Source of the DNA: an uncultured Acidobacteriota bacterium
GTDB taxonomy: Bacteria > Acidobacteriota > Thermoanaerobaculia > UBA5066 > DATFVB01
NCBI GenBank assembly: GCA_963813155.1
Contig: CAWEYG010000003.1
Location: 256,001 to 320,000 of the forward strand
Direction: 5' to 3'
Length of the DNA: 64,000 nt
Shown here: positions 1 to 14,893 of the stretch, piece by piece
Position numbering within the stretch: the stretch's first letter is position 1
Layout of the letters: every line of letters begins with the position of its first letter
Notes under the pieces: model-generated
Seen by the model: only the letters and a program-made list of their open reading frames with translations
What the model was told of the DNA's origin: nothing
Databases searched by the model: none
Made by a program: the position numbers and the translations under genes

Positions 1-590
1 GCTCGGAAAGGAGCCCCGCATCGGCCGATACTTCCACCTCCCCGTGCAATCCGGTTCGGATCGGATCCTGAGCCGGATGAAGAGGCGCTACACGGCGAAG
101 CGGTACCTCGAGATCGTGGACCAGGTGCGCGGCAAGGCGCCGGACGTCGCGTTCTCTTCGGATTTCATCGTCGGCTTCCCGGGGGAGACCGAAGACGATT
201 TCCAGGACACGTTGAAGCTCATCGAAACCGTCCGGTTTGCGAGCCTGTTCGCGTTCGTCTACTCCCCGCGGCCGGGGACGGCAGCCGCACGCTGGGGCAC
301 CGAGTCGGAAATTCCCCGGGACGTCGCCAGCGAACGTCTGGCCCGGCTCCTCGACCTGCAGCGCGGACTTCAGCGGCAGCAGAATCGGGGCCTCGAAGGC
401 TCCGTGCTGAAGGTCCTTGTCGAAGGCGAGGGCCGAGGAGGGCTTTGGAAGGGCCGAAGCTCCTGCAACCGCATCGTCCACTTCCCCCGTCCCTCTTCGT
501 TCGCGCTCACGGCGGGCGACTTCGTCGACGTGAGGGTCGAGGAGGGACTGGAGAACTCCCTCGAAGGGTTCCCTCGCCGCCGCTGTCTGA
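1..590 (+). CDS. miaB: tRNA-2-methylthio-N6-dimethylallyladenosine synthase, 3' part (radical SAM C-terminus + TRAM)
   Basis: HLPVQSGSDRIL, SSDFIVGFPGETEDDF and FVYSPRPGTAA motifs. Truncated by the window edge. Probable true stop TGA 588-590; an indel fuses it to the next ORF in the track. Confidence 0.85.
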
Positions 591-613
591 TCGCCCCAAG
601 GAAGGAGACCGAC

Positions 614-1093
614 ATGAAGAAAATGGAGATCAAGGGGCTCTTGCTCGATCCGATCTCCAACACGCCCGTCGTCGTCCTGAAAGACCCGGAGGAGAAGTTC
701 TTCCTTCCGATCTGGATCGGCGTCTTCGAGGCCAACGCGATCGCCCTCAAGATCGAGAATGTCGAGACCGCGCGGCCGCTGACCCACGACCTGGTCTTCC
801 ACCTCCTCGAGGACCTGCAGACCCGCATCGAAAAGATCGTCATCAACGACCTTCGCGACAATACGTTCTACGCGAAGATCTTTCTGTTGCATCGGGGCGA
901 GGCCGTCGAGGTGGACAGCCGCCCCTCCGACGCGCTCGCGCTCGCGCTCCGATTCGACGCGGGAATCTTCGTGGAAGAAGAGGTTCTCGAGAAGAGCCGG
1001 AAGATCGAAGTCGAGGACCCGCGCAACCCCGAAAGGCTCAAGAAGTGGCTGGAAGAGATGGATCCCGAGGAGCTCGGCAAGTACAAGATGTGA
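614..1093 (+). CDS. Bifunctional nuclease family protein (DUF151)
   Basis: LPIWIGVFEANAIA, RPLTHDL and DSRPSDALALA motifs. AAGGAG RBS before ATG 614. Confidence 0.9.
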   Translation: MKKMEIKGLLLDPISNTPVVVLKDPEEKFFLPIWIGVFEANAIALKIENVETARPLTHDLVFHLLEDLQTRIEKIVINDLRDNTFYAKIFLLHRGEAVEVDSRPSDALALALRFDAGIFVEEEVLEKSRKIEVEDPRNPERLKKWLEEMDPEELGKYKM

Positions 1094-1142
1094 CTCTCGT
1101 TGACAGCGGGGGAGGGCGAGTCTATAGTCCCGCACGGCCCTC

Positions 1143-1891
<749 letters not shown>

Positions 1892-1899
<8 letters not shown>

Positions 1900-2737
1900 G
1901 CGTGGGTTGCCCAACCAGTCGAAAATGCGCCACGACGCGCACTTCGTCGACGCTCTCTCGGAGAGCTTCAGCGGAGCGATCGGAAAGCATGTTCCGGTCA
2001 GCGCGATCGAAACGAATCCGGGCCAGCCGCGCCAGAACGTCGGCGACCTGACCGAACTGAAGGCTTCGATCGAGAGCAAGGGGATACTCGAGCCGATCCT
2101 CGTTCGTCCGATCGCTTCCGGCAAGTACCAGATCATTTCGGGGGAGCGGCGGTTCCGCGCCGCGATCGAGGCCGGGCTCACCGAGGTGCCGTGCATCGAA
2201 TTCGACGTCGAGGAAAACGAAGTTCTCGAAATCGCGATGATCGAGAACCTGCACCGCAAGGACCTGACGCCGTTCGAGGAGGCGGAAGGCTTTCACTCCC
2301 TGATCGAGCGATTCGAGTACACGCACCAGCGCGTGGCCGAAACGGTCGGCAGATCGCGCGTCGGAATCACGGAGTCGCTGTCGCTCCTGCGAATCCCGGA
2401 GGACCTTCGGGACGAATGTCGGCGCGCCGACATCGCGAAGAGCGCCCTTCTGGAGATCGCCCGCGCGTCCTCCCGGGAGAAGATGGAGGAGTTGATCCTG
2501 GCTCTCCGCTCCGGCGCCACGCGCGACACTCTGCGGCAGAAGAAGGAAGAATCCTCGGCGGAAGAAAAGAAACAGCGGCCCCGGCCGTTTCAGTTCCGGT
2601 ACGCGCCGAAGAATTCTCCCTTTCGCCTGAACCTCGCTTTCAACAAGAGCAGGATCGCGAAGGAAGAGGTCGTGGAGGCGCTCGAGAAGATTCTCGCCGA
2701 ATTGAAGTCGGGGATCCTGGATCTGAAGAAACGATAG
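1892..2737 (+). CDS. parB: ParB/Spo0J family protein
   Basis: GTG start overlapping the parA stop. [15 protein letters not shown], arginine patch [21 protein letters not shown]. Confidence 0.9.
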
Positions 2738-2792
2738 GCAGGGCGGAAGCCATGGGATCTCGGCCGAGCATGACTAGGTCGCCTATTTCATA

Positions 2793-2820
2793 ATTTAACA
2801 TAATATACATTATCAGACAT
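2793..2820 (-). other. dif: dif site (XerC/XerD recombination site)
   Basis: Minus strand reads ATGTCTGATAA-TGTATA-TTATGTTAAAT. The XerD arm and 6-bp spacer are identical to E. coli dif and the XerC arm is variant. Forms an AT-rich island in an intergenic gap. Confidence 0.9.
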
Positions 2821-2890
2821 TGAATACGGAGCCCAGCGGGATCGCTATTTCCTCCTCGGGACACTAGACTCGCCTCCGAGGAACAAACCC

Positions 2891-5191
2891 TTGCGCCTGA
2901 TCTCGAAAAACGTCCTCCGCGAGATCGTTCCTCCCACGCTCCTCGGCCTCGCGGCCTACACCTTCCTGCTGCTGCTCCGGTCGCTGCTTCAGCTTTCCGA
3001 GCTTCTCGTCCGCCGGGGGCTTCCCATCGGGACGATCCTGCAGCTGCTTCTTCTCACGATGCCGCAGATCCTCGTCCTGACGATTCCCATGGCTTTCCTC
3101 TTCGGGATCCTGATAGGGGTCGGAAGGCTATCGGGCGATTCCGAGGTGATCGCGCTTCGGGCTTCCGGAGTTTCCCGCTGGGCCCTGTTTCGCCCGATCG
3201 CCGCCGTTTCCCTCGGCCTCGCCGCCTTCGTCTCCTTTCTCAGCGTCTGGGGATACCCTGCGGCCAACGACCGGCTCGACAAGCTGCAGAACAAGCTCTT
3301 CGCTTCCGCGGCCCTCGACATGGTGAGGCCCCGGGTCTTCGCCGCGCCCCGAACGGACTGGGACTGGGTCCTCTTCGCCGACCGGGATGCTCCGGGTGGC
3401 GCCGGCTGGCGGGGCGTTTTTCTTGACGACCGTTCCGACCCCGCCCAGGAACGCGTCATCCTCGCCCGCGAGGGACGCTTCCGAATCGAGGGCGATCGTC
3501 TCTGGCTCGACCTCAAGGACGCCGTCCAGCACCTGACCCGGCGCGACGACCCGCGCGGCTACAGCCAGAGCCGGAACGAGCTGCTGAGCATGCTCATCCA
3601 CGAGGTGCCGCAAGAGAGCGCCGCGATCACGTCGGAAAAGGGGCTGCGTCTGCAAACGCTGCCGGAGCTCGTTCGCACGGCGAAGCGTGAGCGCACCCTG
3701 TTTCCGGCGCGCTACCGGCTCGCCCGGGTGGAGATCCACAAGAAGTTCGCGATTCCGGTCGCGTGCATCGTCTTCGCGCTCGTCGGGGTCCCTCTCGGCA
3801 TCACGAATCGGCGAGGCGGAAAAGGGAGCGGGTTCGCCCTTTCGATCGGCATCATCCTCGGCTATTACCTGCTCTTCAACACGGGCGAAAACTGGGCCGA
3901 AGACGGACGCATCTCCCCCGCTCTTTCGATGTGGCTGCCGAACCTTCTTCTCGCGGTCGTGGGCCTCGCGCTCTTCTTCCGGAAGGAACAGGAAAAGCGG
4001 GGCCTTCGCGAGCGCCTGGCCGCGTGGTTCAAGGGTTGGTCGAAAAGCGGGCGCGCCCCGGCGCGCGTCGAATCGCGACCCGCCGCCCTGTCCGGCCTCG
4101 GCCGATTTCCCACGCGGCTCGACCGGTACGTCCTGGCGCCGTTTCTCGCCGCCCTCGCCGCGATCTACGCGACGGTCGCCTTCCTGTACGTGATCGTCGA
4201 CTACTCGGACCACGCGGACGACATTCTGAAGAGGCACATCCCCGCCACGGTCGTCAACTCGTACTACCGGGCGCTGCTGCTTCCGATCGCGGTCCAGATC
4301 CTGCCGTTCTGCGTTCTCCTCGCGGCGCTCGTCGCGCTCGGCTCGCTCTCCCGGCACAACGAGGACACGGCATTCCGGGCGAGCGGTGTTCCTCTCCTTC
4401 GGCTTGGCGTTCCGATCCTCTTTTTCGCGATCGCCGCCGGGGGCGCGGAGTACGTGTGCGGCGAGTACTTCCTGCCGTCCGCGAACCAGCGAATGCACCG
4501 GGAGCTCGACCGCATCAAGGGGCGCGCGGAGCGCCCGCCCGCGGCCCAGACCGGTGGGGTCTGGGTTCTCGGGGGCGACGGCTACCGGATCTGGAACTTC
4601 GACGGTTACGACCCCGCCGTAAGGCGGCTCTGGCACCCGTCCGTGTTCGAATTCGACCGCGACTACCGGATGACCCGGCGGGTGAGCGGACGGTCGGCGC
4701 GGTGGAGCGGATCCGGCTGGGTGTTCGAGTCGGGATGGGTGCGCACGTTCCGGGGACCGGTCGAGAGCCTTTTCCAGGAGTTCGGGGAGTCCGCCCTCGT
4801 CGCGGGCGACCCGCCCCGGCTCTTCTCGTCCCTGCGGCAGCGGCCGGACGAGATGCGGTATCGCGCCCTGGCCCGGTACGTCTCGCGCCTGGAAAAGACC
4901 GGCTACCCCGTCGCCACGCTGGCGACCGCGCTTGCGGGAAAACCGGCATCCGCGGCCCAGACGATCGTCCTCGCGCTCCTCGCGATTCCTTTCGCTTTCA
5001 CGATCGGAAAACGCGGCGCGCTCACCGGTGTCGGGCTGGGGCTCGCCTGCGGAATGCTCTTTCTCGTCCTCGCGGCGTTCTTCACGAAGCTCGGAGAAGT
5101 CGGGTCGCTGCCGCCCGCGCTGGCGGCCTGGTCCCCGGACCTGATCTTTTCGCTGTTCGCCGGCTACCGGCTCACGCGGCTGCGCACTTAG
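2891..5191 (+). CDS. Fused LptF-LptG LPS export permease (two YjgP/YjgQ domains)
   Basis: Two tandem permease domains with GRLSGDSEVIALRASG and LSRHNEDTAFRASG; C-terminal AAWSPDLIF. Confidence 0.85.
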   Translation: MRLISKNVLREIVPPTLLGLAAYTFLLLLRSLLQLSELLVRRGLPIGTILQLLLLTMPQILVLTIPMAFLFGILIGVGRLSGDSEVIALRASGVSRWALFRPIAAVSLGLAAFVSFLSVWGYPAANDRLDKLQNKLFASAALDMVRPRVFAAPRTDWDWVLFADRDAPGGAGWRGVFLDDRSDPAQERVILAREGRFRIEGDRLWLDLKDAVQHLTRRDDPRGYSQSRNELLSMLIHEVPQESAAITSEKGLRLQTLPELVRTAKRERTLFPARYRLARVEIHKKFAIPVACIVFALVGVPLGITNRRGGKGSGFALSIGIILGYYLLFNTGENWAEDGRISPALSMWLPNLLLAVVGLALFFRKEQEKRGLRERLAAWFKGWSKSGRAPARVESRPAALSGLGRFPTRLDRYVLAPFLAALAAIYATVAFLYVIVDYSDHADDILKRHIPATVVNSYYRALLLPIAVQILPFCVLLAALVALGSLSRHNEDTAFRASGVPLLRLGVPILFFAIAAGGAEYVCGEYFLPSANQRMHRELDRIKGRAERPPAAQTGGVWVLGGDGYRIWNFDGYDPAVRRLWHPSVFEFDRDYRMTRRVSGRSARWSGSGWVFESGWVRTFRGPVESLFQEFGESALVAGDPPRLFSSLRQRPDEMRYRALARYVSRLEKTGYPVATLATALAGKPASAAQTIVLALLAIPFAFTIGKRGALTGVGLGLACGMLFLVLAAFFTKLGEVGSLPPALAAWSPDLIFSLFAGYRLTRLRT

Positions 5192-5201
5192 AAAAGCGGA
5201 T

Positions 5202-9555
<4,354 letters not shown>

Positions 9556-9577
9556 TGTCGGAGAGATTATACGAAGA

Positions 9578-9868
9578 TCAGTCCAGGTCGATATCGCGCA
9601 CGGGTTTCGAGGTGTCGGCCTGCGCCTTCTTGAAGAGCTCGTCGAACTTTCTGTCCAGGACTTCCTTTTTGCTCTTCTCCGACTCCATGGCGACCTTGAA
9701 TTTCGCGTCCCTCTCCTGGTCGTGGGTCTTGAGATGCCCCATGGCTGCCTCGAGGTTTTCGAACGTCTTCGGGTCGGCCGGTTTCGTCGAATCGATGACC
9801 GCCTTCAGCTCGGTGTCGATCTTCAGGCGCGACTGGCACTGCGGACAGAGGGTCTCGAATTCCGCCAC
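9578..9868 (-). CDS. Small conserved hypothetical protein with N-terminal CxxC and coiled coil
   Basis: CPQCQ...FDELFKKAQ...RDIDLD. GTG start 7 nt after TAGAAT. Confidence 0.6.
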   Translation of the reverse strand: MAEFETLCPQCQSRLKIDTELKAVIDSTKPADPKTFENLEAAMGHLKTHDQERDAKFKVAMESEKSKKEVLDRKFDELFKKAQADTSKPVRDIDLD

Positions 9869-9899
9869 GGGACCCATTCTACTCCCCGGACGACGGCCG

Positions 9900-10289
9900 C
9901 TACCGCTTTCCCTTGAGCCTGCGCAGCGATCGCCGCTCCCGCGAATCTGGACGGCCCGAATGCACCGGACGCGAGAGCCGTTCGAAGCGCCGGGCCTCGA
10001 CCTCTTCGGGAGAGGGCGCGGGGGTGAGGTCCTCGTAGAGAGTCCGGGCTTTCGCCCTCGGAAGGGAGGACTCGCACGTCGCGACGACCCGAAGGATCCG
10101 CCGCCGGCCCGCCTCGAGAGTGACCGTCAGCAGATCGCCCGGCCGAACGAGCTTGTGCGGCTTGCCGCGGGTTCCGCCGACGTCGACTTTGCCGCCGTCG
10201 CACGCCTTCGCGGCGGCCGAGCGTGTCTTGAAGACGCAGGCAACGTCCAGCCACGTGTCGAGACGTTGCGGTTCTTTTCCCGGCTCCAA
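9900..10289 (-). CDS. hslR: Ribosome-associated heat shock protein Hsp15 (S4 domain)
   Basis: RLDTWLDVACVFKTRSAAAKACDGGKV...GRPDSRERR. Confidence 0.85.
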   Translation of the reverse strand: MEPGKEPQRLDTWLDVACVFKTRSAAAKACDGGKVDVGGTRGKPHKLVRPGDLLTVTLEAGRRRILRVVATCESSLPRAKARTLYEDLTPAPSPEEVEARRFERLSRPVHSGRPDSRERRSLRRLKGKR

Positions 10290-10315
10290 AGCGGCTCGAT
10301 CATAGAATAAGCGCC

Positions 10316-11767
10316 GTGAATGTTCGCATCCCCCCGCTCCGGTTTCGCACGAAGCTCGCGCTCGCGATGCTCCTCCTCTTCGTCCTGACCCTGGCGGTCC
10401 TGTTCGCCGTCGACACCTTCAACGAGCGGCGCTCGATCGAAGAGTTCGAGAACACCATGGACGCGGTGACGAAGGCGATCGAAGTCGCCTCCGACCAGGC
10501 GCAGATCTCGACGACGGGAGAGATCGATACCGAAGTTCTGCAGGACTACGCGGAGAAGCTCCGCCTCCGGGGAGTTCGGGAGATTCAGATCCTCAACCCC
10601 GAACGCACGGTGATCGCGAGCTCGCGCGGCGCCGACAAGCGACCCCGGGCCCGGCGCAAACCCGAGGACATCTCCATCAAGGGAACGATCGGCGCGGAAT
10701 CCGAGTCGAGCGCTCCGAAGCGCGAGTACAAGCTGATCATGCCGATCATTTCGCAGAACCAGAAGGTCGGCTACGTCACGGTCGACCTTCTCCTCGACGA
10801 CTACGAGTTGATCATCAAGCAGAATTTCGAGCGCCGCGCGATCGCCGTTTCGGTCATGTTCGGGGTCGGAATCATTTTCCTGCTCCTCCTGACGCGCAAT
10901 TTCACGCAGCCGATCGGGCAGCTCTCGGGAGCGGCCGAACGGGTCGCGGGCGGGAACCTCGACGCCGAGATCGTCTCGACGCGCAACGACGATCTCGGCG
11001 CGCTCGTCGCCACCTGGAACGAAATGGTCGCGCGTCTCAAGGAACAGCGCGCGCTGGAATCGCGCCTCGCGGCCGCCGAGCGCCGCGCGTCGCTCGGCCA
11101 TCTCGCCTCGGGAATCGCGCACGAGATTCGAAACCCGCTCAACACGATCGCCCTCGCGGTCGATTACCTTCGGCGCCGTTTTCTTCCCTCCGAGCCGGAA
11201 GACCGCCGGGAGTTCGAAGAGACGGCCGAGAGCCTCCGCGAGGAAATCGCCCGGCTCAACTCCCTGATCTCGAACTTCCTCACGTACGGAAAGCCGATGC
11301 GGCTGAACCCCGCGGCCTTCGAGGTCGCGGACCTCGCTCGGTCGGTCGGGAAGGAGCTTCAGCACGAGGCGGACCGGCGCGAAATCCGGATCGAGGTGAC
11401 CGGCGAAGGGGCGGAGATCACGGCGGATCGGGACCTTCTGAAAGCCGCGTTCCTGAACGTGGCGCTGAATGCCGTCCAGATGATGCCGGCGGGCGGAATC
11501 CTGCGGATCGAGGTTCTGGGCAAGGGCGAGGAGGTCCGCGTTCGATTCGACGACACGGGCCCCGGCATCGACGCCGCCCACCTCGCGAAGATCTTCGAGC
11601 CCTACTTCTCGACTCGAGACGCCGGAGTCGGACTCGGCCTCGCGATGACGAGAAAGATCGTGAACGATCACGGCGGCGATCTCACCGCCTCGAACCTCCC
11701 GACCGGGGGAAGCCGCTTCGAGTTCGTGCTCCCCCGCACGAACTCGGTCCAGGCCGTGTCCGCGTGA
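10316..11767 (+). CDS. Membrane sensor histidine kinase (HAMP, HisKA, HATPase)
   Basis: Two TM segments; GIAHEIRNPLN, NAVQ, DTGPGI, FEPYFST and GLGLA motifs. Confidence 0.9.
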   Translation: MNVRIPPLRFRTKLALAMLLLFVLTLAVLFAVDTFNERRSIEEFENTMDAVTKAIEVASDQAQISTTGEIDTEVLQDYAEKLRLRGVREIQILNPERTVIASSRGADKRPRARRKPEDISIKGTIGAESESSAPKREYKLIMPIISQNQKVGYVTVDLLLDDYELIIKQNFERRAIAVSVMFGVGIIFLLLLTRNFTQPIGQLSGAAERVAGGNLDAEIVSTRNDDLGALVATWNEMVARLKEQRALESRLAAAERRASLGHLASGIAHEIRNPLNTIALAVDYLRRRFLPSEPEDRREFEETAESLREEIARLNSLISNFLTYGKPMRLNPAAFEVADLARSVGKELQHEADRREIRIEVTGEGAEITADRDLLKAAFLNVALNAVQMMPAGGILRIEVLGKGEEVRVRFDDTGPGIDAAHLAKIFEPYFSTRDAGVGLGLAMTRKIVNDHGGDLTASNLPTGGSRFEFVLPRTNSVQAVSA

Positions 11768-13144
11768 AGACCGGGAAAGGGACCATTCTCCTGGTCGAGG
11801 ACGAGAAATCGGCGCTCGACCTCCTTCGAAAGATCCTGGACGCAGAGGGATTCACGGTCATCACCGCGGAGAACGGGCGCGTCGCCCTCGACCGGCTCGA
11901 GGAAACGATCGTCGACGTCGTCGTCGACGGACCTCCTGATGCCGGTCATGACGGGGACCGACCTCATCGCCCATCTTCAAACGCTCTCGGACCCGCCCCC
12001 CGTCATCGTCGTGACCGCCCACGGTTCCAAGGAGGCGGGACGGGAGCTCGTGAACCGCATGGGGGCTTTCGACTATCTCTCCAAGCCCTTTCAACCGGAC
12101 GATCTCATCCTCAAGATCGAGCGCGCGGTCGAAATGCGCGCCATGCGCGAGGCCAACCGCGTCCTTTCGGGACAGCTCAAGGGGCATGTCTCGCTCGACT
12201 CCCTCGTCGGGGAGTCGGAGGCGATGCAAAACGTCTTCAAGCTCGTGCTGAAGATCGCGCGTTCGTCGACCACGGTCCTGATTCGCGGCGAGTCGGGCAC
12301 CGGCAAAGAGCTGATCGCGCGGGCGATTCACCATCGGAGCCGCCGCGCGGGAAGCAACTTTTTCGACATCAACTGCGCCGCCATTCCCGAGACGCTCCTG
12401 GAGTCCGAGCTCTTCGGCTACGAGCGGGGCGCCTTCACGGGCGCCGACCGGCGGAAGATCGGGCTCTTCGAGGCCGCCTCGGGATCCACGCTGTTCCTCG
12501 ACGAGATCGGGGACCTCTCGCTGCCGCTGCAGGGAAAGATCCTGCGCGCCCTGCAGGAAAAGGAGATCCGGCGGCTCGGCGGCAACGAATCGATTCCCGT
12601 GGACGTCCGCGTTCTCGCGGCGACGAATCGCGACCTCGAGGAGATGATGAAGGCGGGGACCTTCCGCGAGGACCTGTATTACCGGCTGAACATCCTTCCG
12701 ATCGTCCTGCCTCCCCTGCGCGAGCGCCGGGAGGAGATTCCGATCATCGCGGAGCGCTTCGTCAAGCGTGTTGCAGCGGAGCACGGCAAGCCGATCACGG
12801 AAATCGACCCGGAGGCCCTGCGCGTTCTCCTGCGGTACGACTGGCCGGGCAACGTACGGGAGCTCGAATCGATCCTCGAGCGGGCGGTGCTGCTCACCGA
12901 GAACGAATCGATCGAGCCCGAGGATCTTCCGGCCCAATTGGTCCAGGCGCGCTCGCCCGCCGAGGTGATCGGCGTCGAGATTCCGCCGGAGGGGATCGAC
13001 ATCGAACAGGTGGAGCGATCCCTGTTGCTGCAGGCCATGCAGAAGTCCGACTGGGTCATCGCGCGGGCCGCAAAGCTCCTTCGCCTGACCTATCGCACCA
13101 TGCAGTATCGGCTCGAGAAGTTCGGGATCAAGAAGCCGGAATGA
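11764..13144 (+). CDS. Sigma-54-dependent response regulator (NtrC family), frameshift near 11930
   Basis: Receiver domain, GESGTGKEL, ESELFGYERGAFTGA, FREDLYYRL, WPGNVREL and a C-terminal HTH. Confidence 0.9.
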
Positions 13145-13217
13145 CCGATATGGGCCACCCGGTATCCCAAATGGGAGATCCGCGGAGCGAAAACCCCCGT
13201 TTTCGGCGCGTTCGCGC

Positions 13218-13233
13218 TGGCACTCCGTTCGCA
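13218..13233 (+). promoter_or_regulatory. Sigma-54 (-24/-12) promoter
   Basis: TGGCACTCCGTTCGCA, with GG (13219-20) and GC (13231-32) 12 bp apart, 13 nt before ATG 13246. Confidence 0.65.
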
Positions 13234-13245
13234 CGAGGGCGTTGC

Positions 13246-13668
13246 ATGGGAGTGTTACGCCCGGCCGGTCCCCTTCTCGCCGCGATCGTCGTCGGCGCGA
13301 GCGCGGCCGGATTCGCCCCCGGAGCCGCTCCCCCGACGTCGACGACCGCTCCGGCTCCCACCTCTTCGACGGCATCCCCGGCCCCGCGGCGGCCCCGGAT
13401 CCACAGCTTCGTGGGCGAGGTCGTCGAGGTTCAGGCGGATCAGAAACTGGTCGTTCGCGAGACTCTTCGCGACGGATCGCCGAAGACCACGACCTTCTCG
13501 ACGACCGCGAAGACGGCCATCATCCGGGGAACTGACGCCGCGACGATCGCCGACGTTCATGCGAACGACCACGTGACGATCAAATACCGGGAAGACCCCG
13601 CGAAGAACAAGGAAGCCGTGTCGATCCGGATCACCCCGTCCGCGGCACCGAAACAACCGTCTAAGTAA
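13246..13668 (+). CDS. Secreted small beta-rich (OB-fold-like) protein with Pro/Thr linker
   Basis: Signal peptide, PPTSTTAPAPTSST linker, then FVGEVVEV...ADVHANDHVTIKY. Confidence 0.6.
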   Translation: MGVLRPAGPLLAAIVVGASAAGFAPGAAPPTSTTAPAPTSSTASPAPRRPRIHSFVGEVVEVQADQKLVVRETLRDGSPKTTTFSTTAKTAIIRGTDAATIADVHANDHVTIKYREDPAKNKEAVSIRITPSAAPKQPSK

Positions 13669-14863
13669 TCTCGGTCGTCGGGCCTTCGACCCGGATTTTC
13701 CACGAATCGTGGTATTCCGGGCTCTCCACGGCGAGGGCCTCCGCGGTCGCTCGCAGCGGAGCGAACGTGTCGATCATCACCGCGAGCTCTTTCGTGGATT
13801 TCGCCCCGATCGAGGCCTCGTAGGCTCCGGGGTGGGGCCCGTGGGGAACTCCGGCCGGGTGGAACGAGATCGCTCCCGGGCCGACTCCCCGGCGGCTCGT
13901 GAAATTCCCATCGACGTAGAAGATGACTTCGTCGCAGTCCACCGAGGAATGCGGGTAGGGGCACGGGATCGCGTTCGGATGGGTATCGGTCACCCTCGGA
14001 ACGAACGAACAGATGACCGCGCCGCCCGACGCGAACGTGATGTGGATCGTCGGAGGGAGGTGAATCATGCCCGTCTTGGGCTGAAATTTCGCGATCGGAA
14101 ACGCGACGGGATAGACGTATCCGTCCCACCCGACGACGTCCAGGGGCGAGCCGGCGAGAACGCGCCGCGTCCAGGCGTCGTTCTTTTTCGCGAAGATCTC
14201 CCGCGGGACCGAGTCGGAATCGGAGGTGTCGGGCAGCGTGGGACGGACGAAATCGCGGTGGGTGTACGCCGCGTCCATCTTCAGTTGCCCGGCGTCGTTG
14301 CGGAACTGGGCCGGTACGTGAAAACCCCGCCGGCACTCGATGCCAAAGAGCCGGTTGGCGGGCCCGTCGAAGACGAGGCGGTGGATGCAGCCCTTCGGGA
14401 TGACGAGATAGTCGTGTTTCCGGAACGGCACGGTCCCGAACGGCGACTCGATGCGCCCCGAGCCCGCCTCGACGAAATACACGTCGTCCCCGTCGCCGTT
14501 GACGAAAAATGCGCTGTCCGAATCGGAGGGCCGCGAGACCGAGATCACGACGTCGGCATTGAAGAGGAGCGGGGTCCGCGCGTCGATCAGGGCCCCTCCG
14601 GCAGCCACCCGGTCCGAGTCGAAGAGCCGCCGGCGCAGAGTCGCGGGGTCGGCCGCGCCCGCCGGGCGGAGCGGGAATCCCCGCTCGGCCGGCTCCGTCG
14701 AAAGCTCCTGGGTCGGAGGCCGCCGGTGATAGAGGATCGAGTACGGCCCGTCGAATCCCAACCGAGTGAAGCATTCCTCGTAGAAGATCGCGCCCGATTT
14801 CGGATCGCGGAAGACCGTGTGCGGCTTCTCCGGAATGCTGCCTTGAGTCCAGCGGTCGATCAT
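13661..14863 (-). CDS. hmgA: Homogentisate 1,2-dioxygenase
   Basis: GFDGPYSILYH, PLDVVGWDGY, IHLPPTIH, PYPHSSVDCDEVIFY and HPAGVPHGPHPG motifs. hppD nearby. Confidence 0.85.
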   Translation of the reverse strand: MIDRWTQGSIPEKPHTVFRDPKSGAIFYEECFTRLGFDGPYSILYHRRPPTQELSTEPAERGFPLRPAGAADPATLRRRLFDSDRVAAGGALIDARTPLLFNADVVISVSRPSDSDSAFFVNGDGDDVYFVEAGSGRIESPFGTVPFRKHDYLVIPKGCIHRLVFDGPANRLFGIECRRGFHVPAQFRNDAGQLKMDAAYTHRDFVRPTLPDTSDSDSVPREIFAKKNDAWTRRVLAGSPLDVVGWDGYVYPVAFPIAKFQPKTGMIHLPPTIHITFASGGAVICSFVPRVTDTHPNAIPCPYPHSSVDCDEVIFYVDGNFTSRRGVGPGAISFHPAGVPHGPHPGAYEASIGAKSTKELAVMIDTFAPLRATAEALAVESPEYHDSWKIRVEGPTTEIT

Positions 14864-14893
14864 CCCGTCATTCTAGTCGGTTAAGATCGCCCC

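Noticed and set aside
44-1093. MiaB-DUF151 fusion protein
   Set aside because: An indel near 570 explains it; DUF151 has its own RBS and ATG at 614.
2891-5191. LptF-LptG fusion as a novelty or artefact
   Set aside because: It is a single clean ORF, and fused LptF/G permeases are already known in some lineages.
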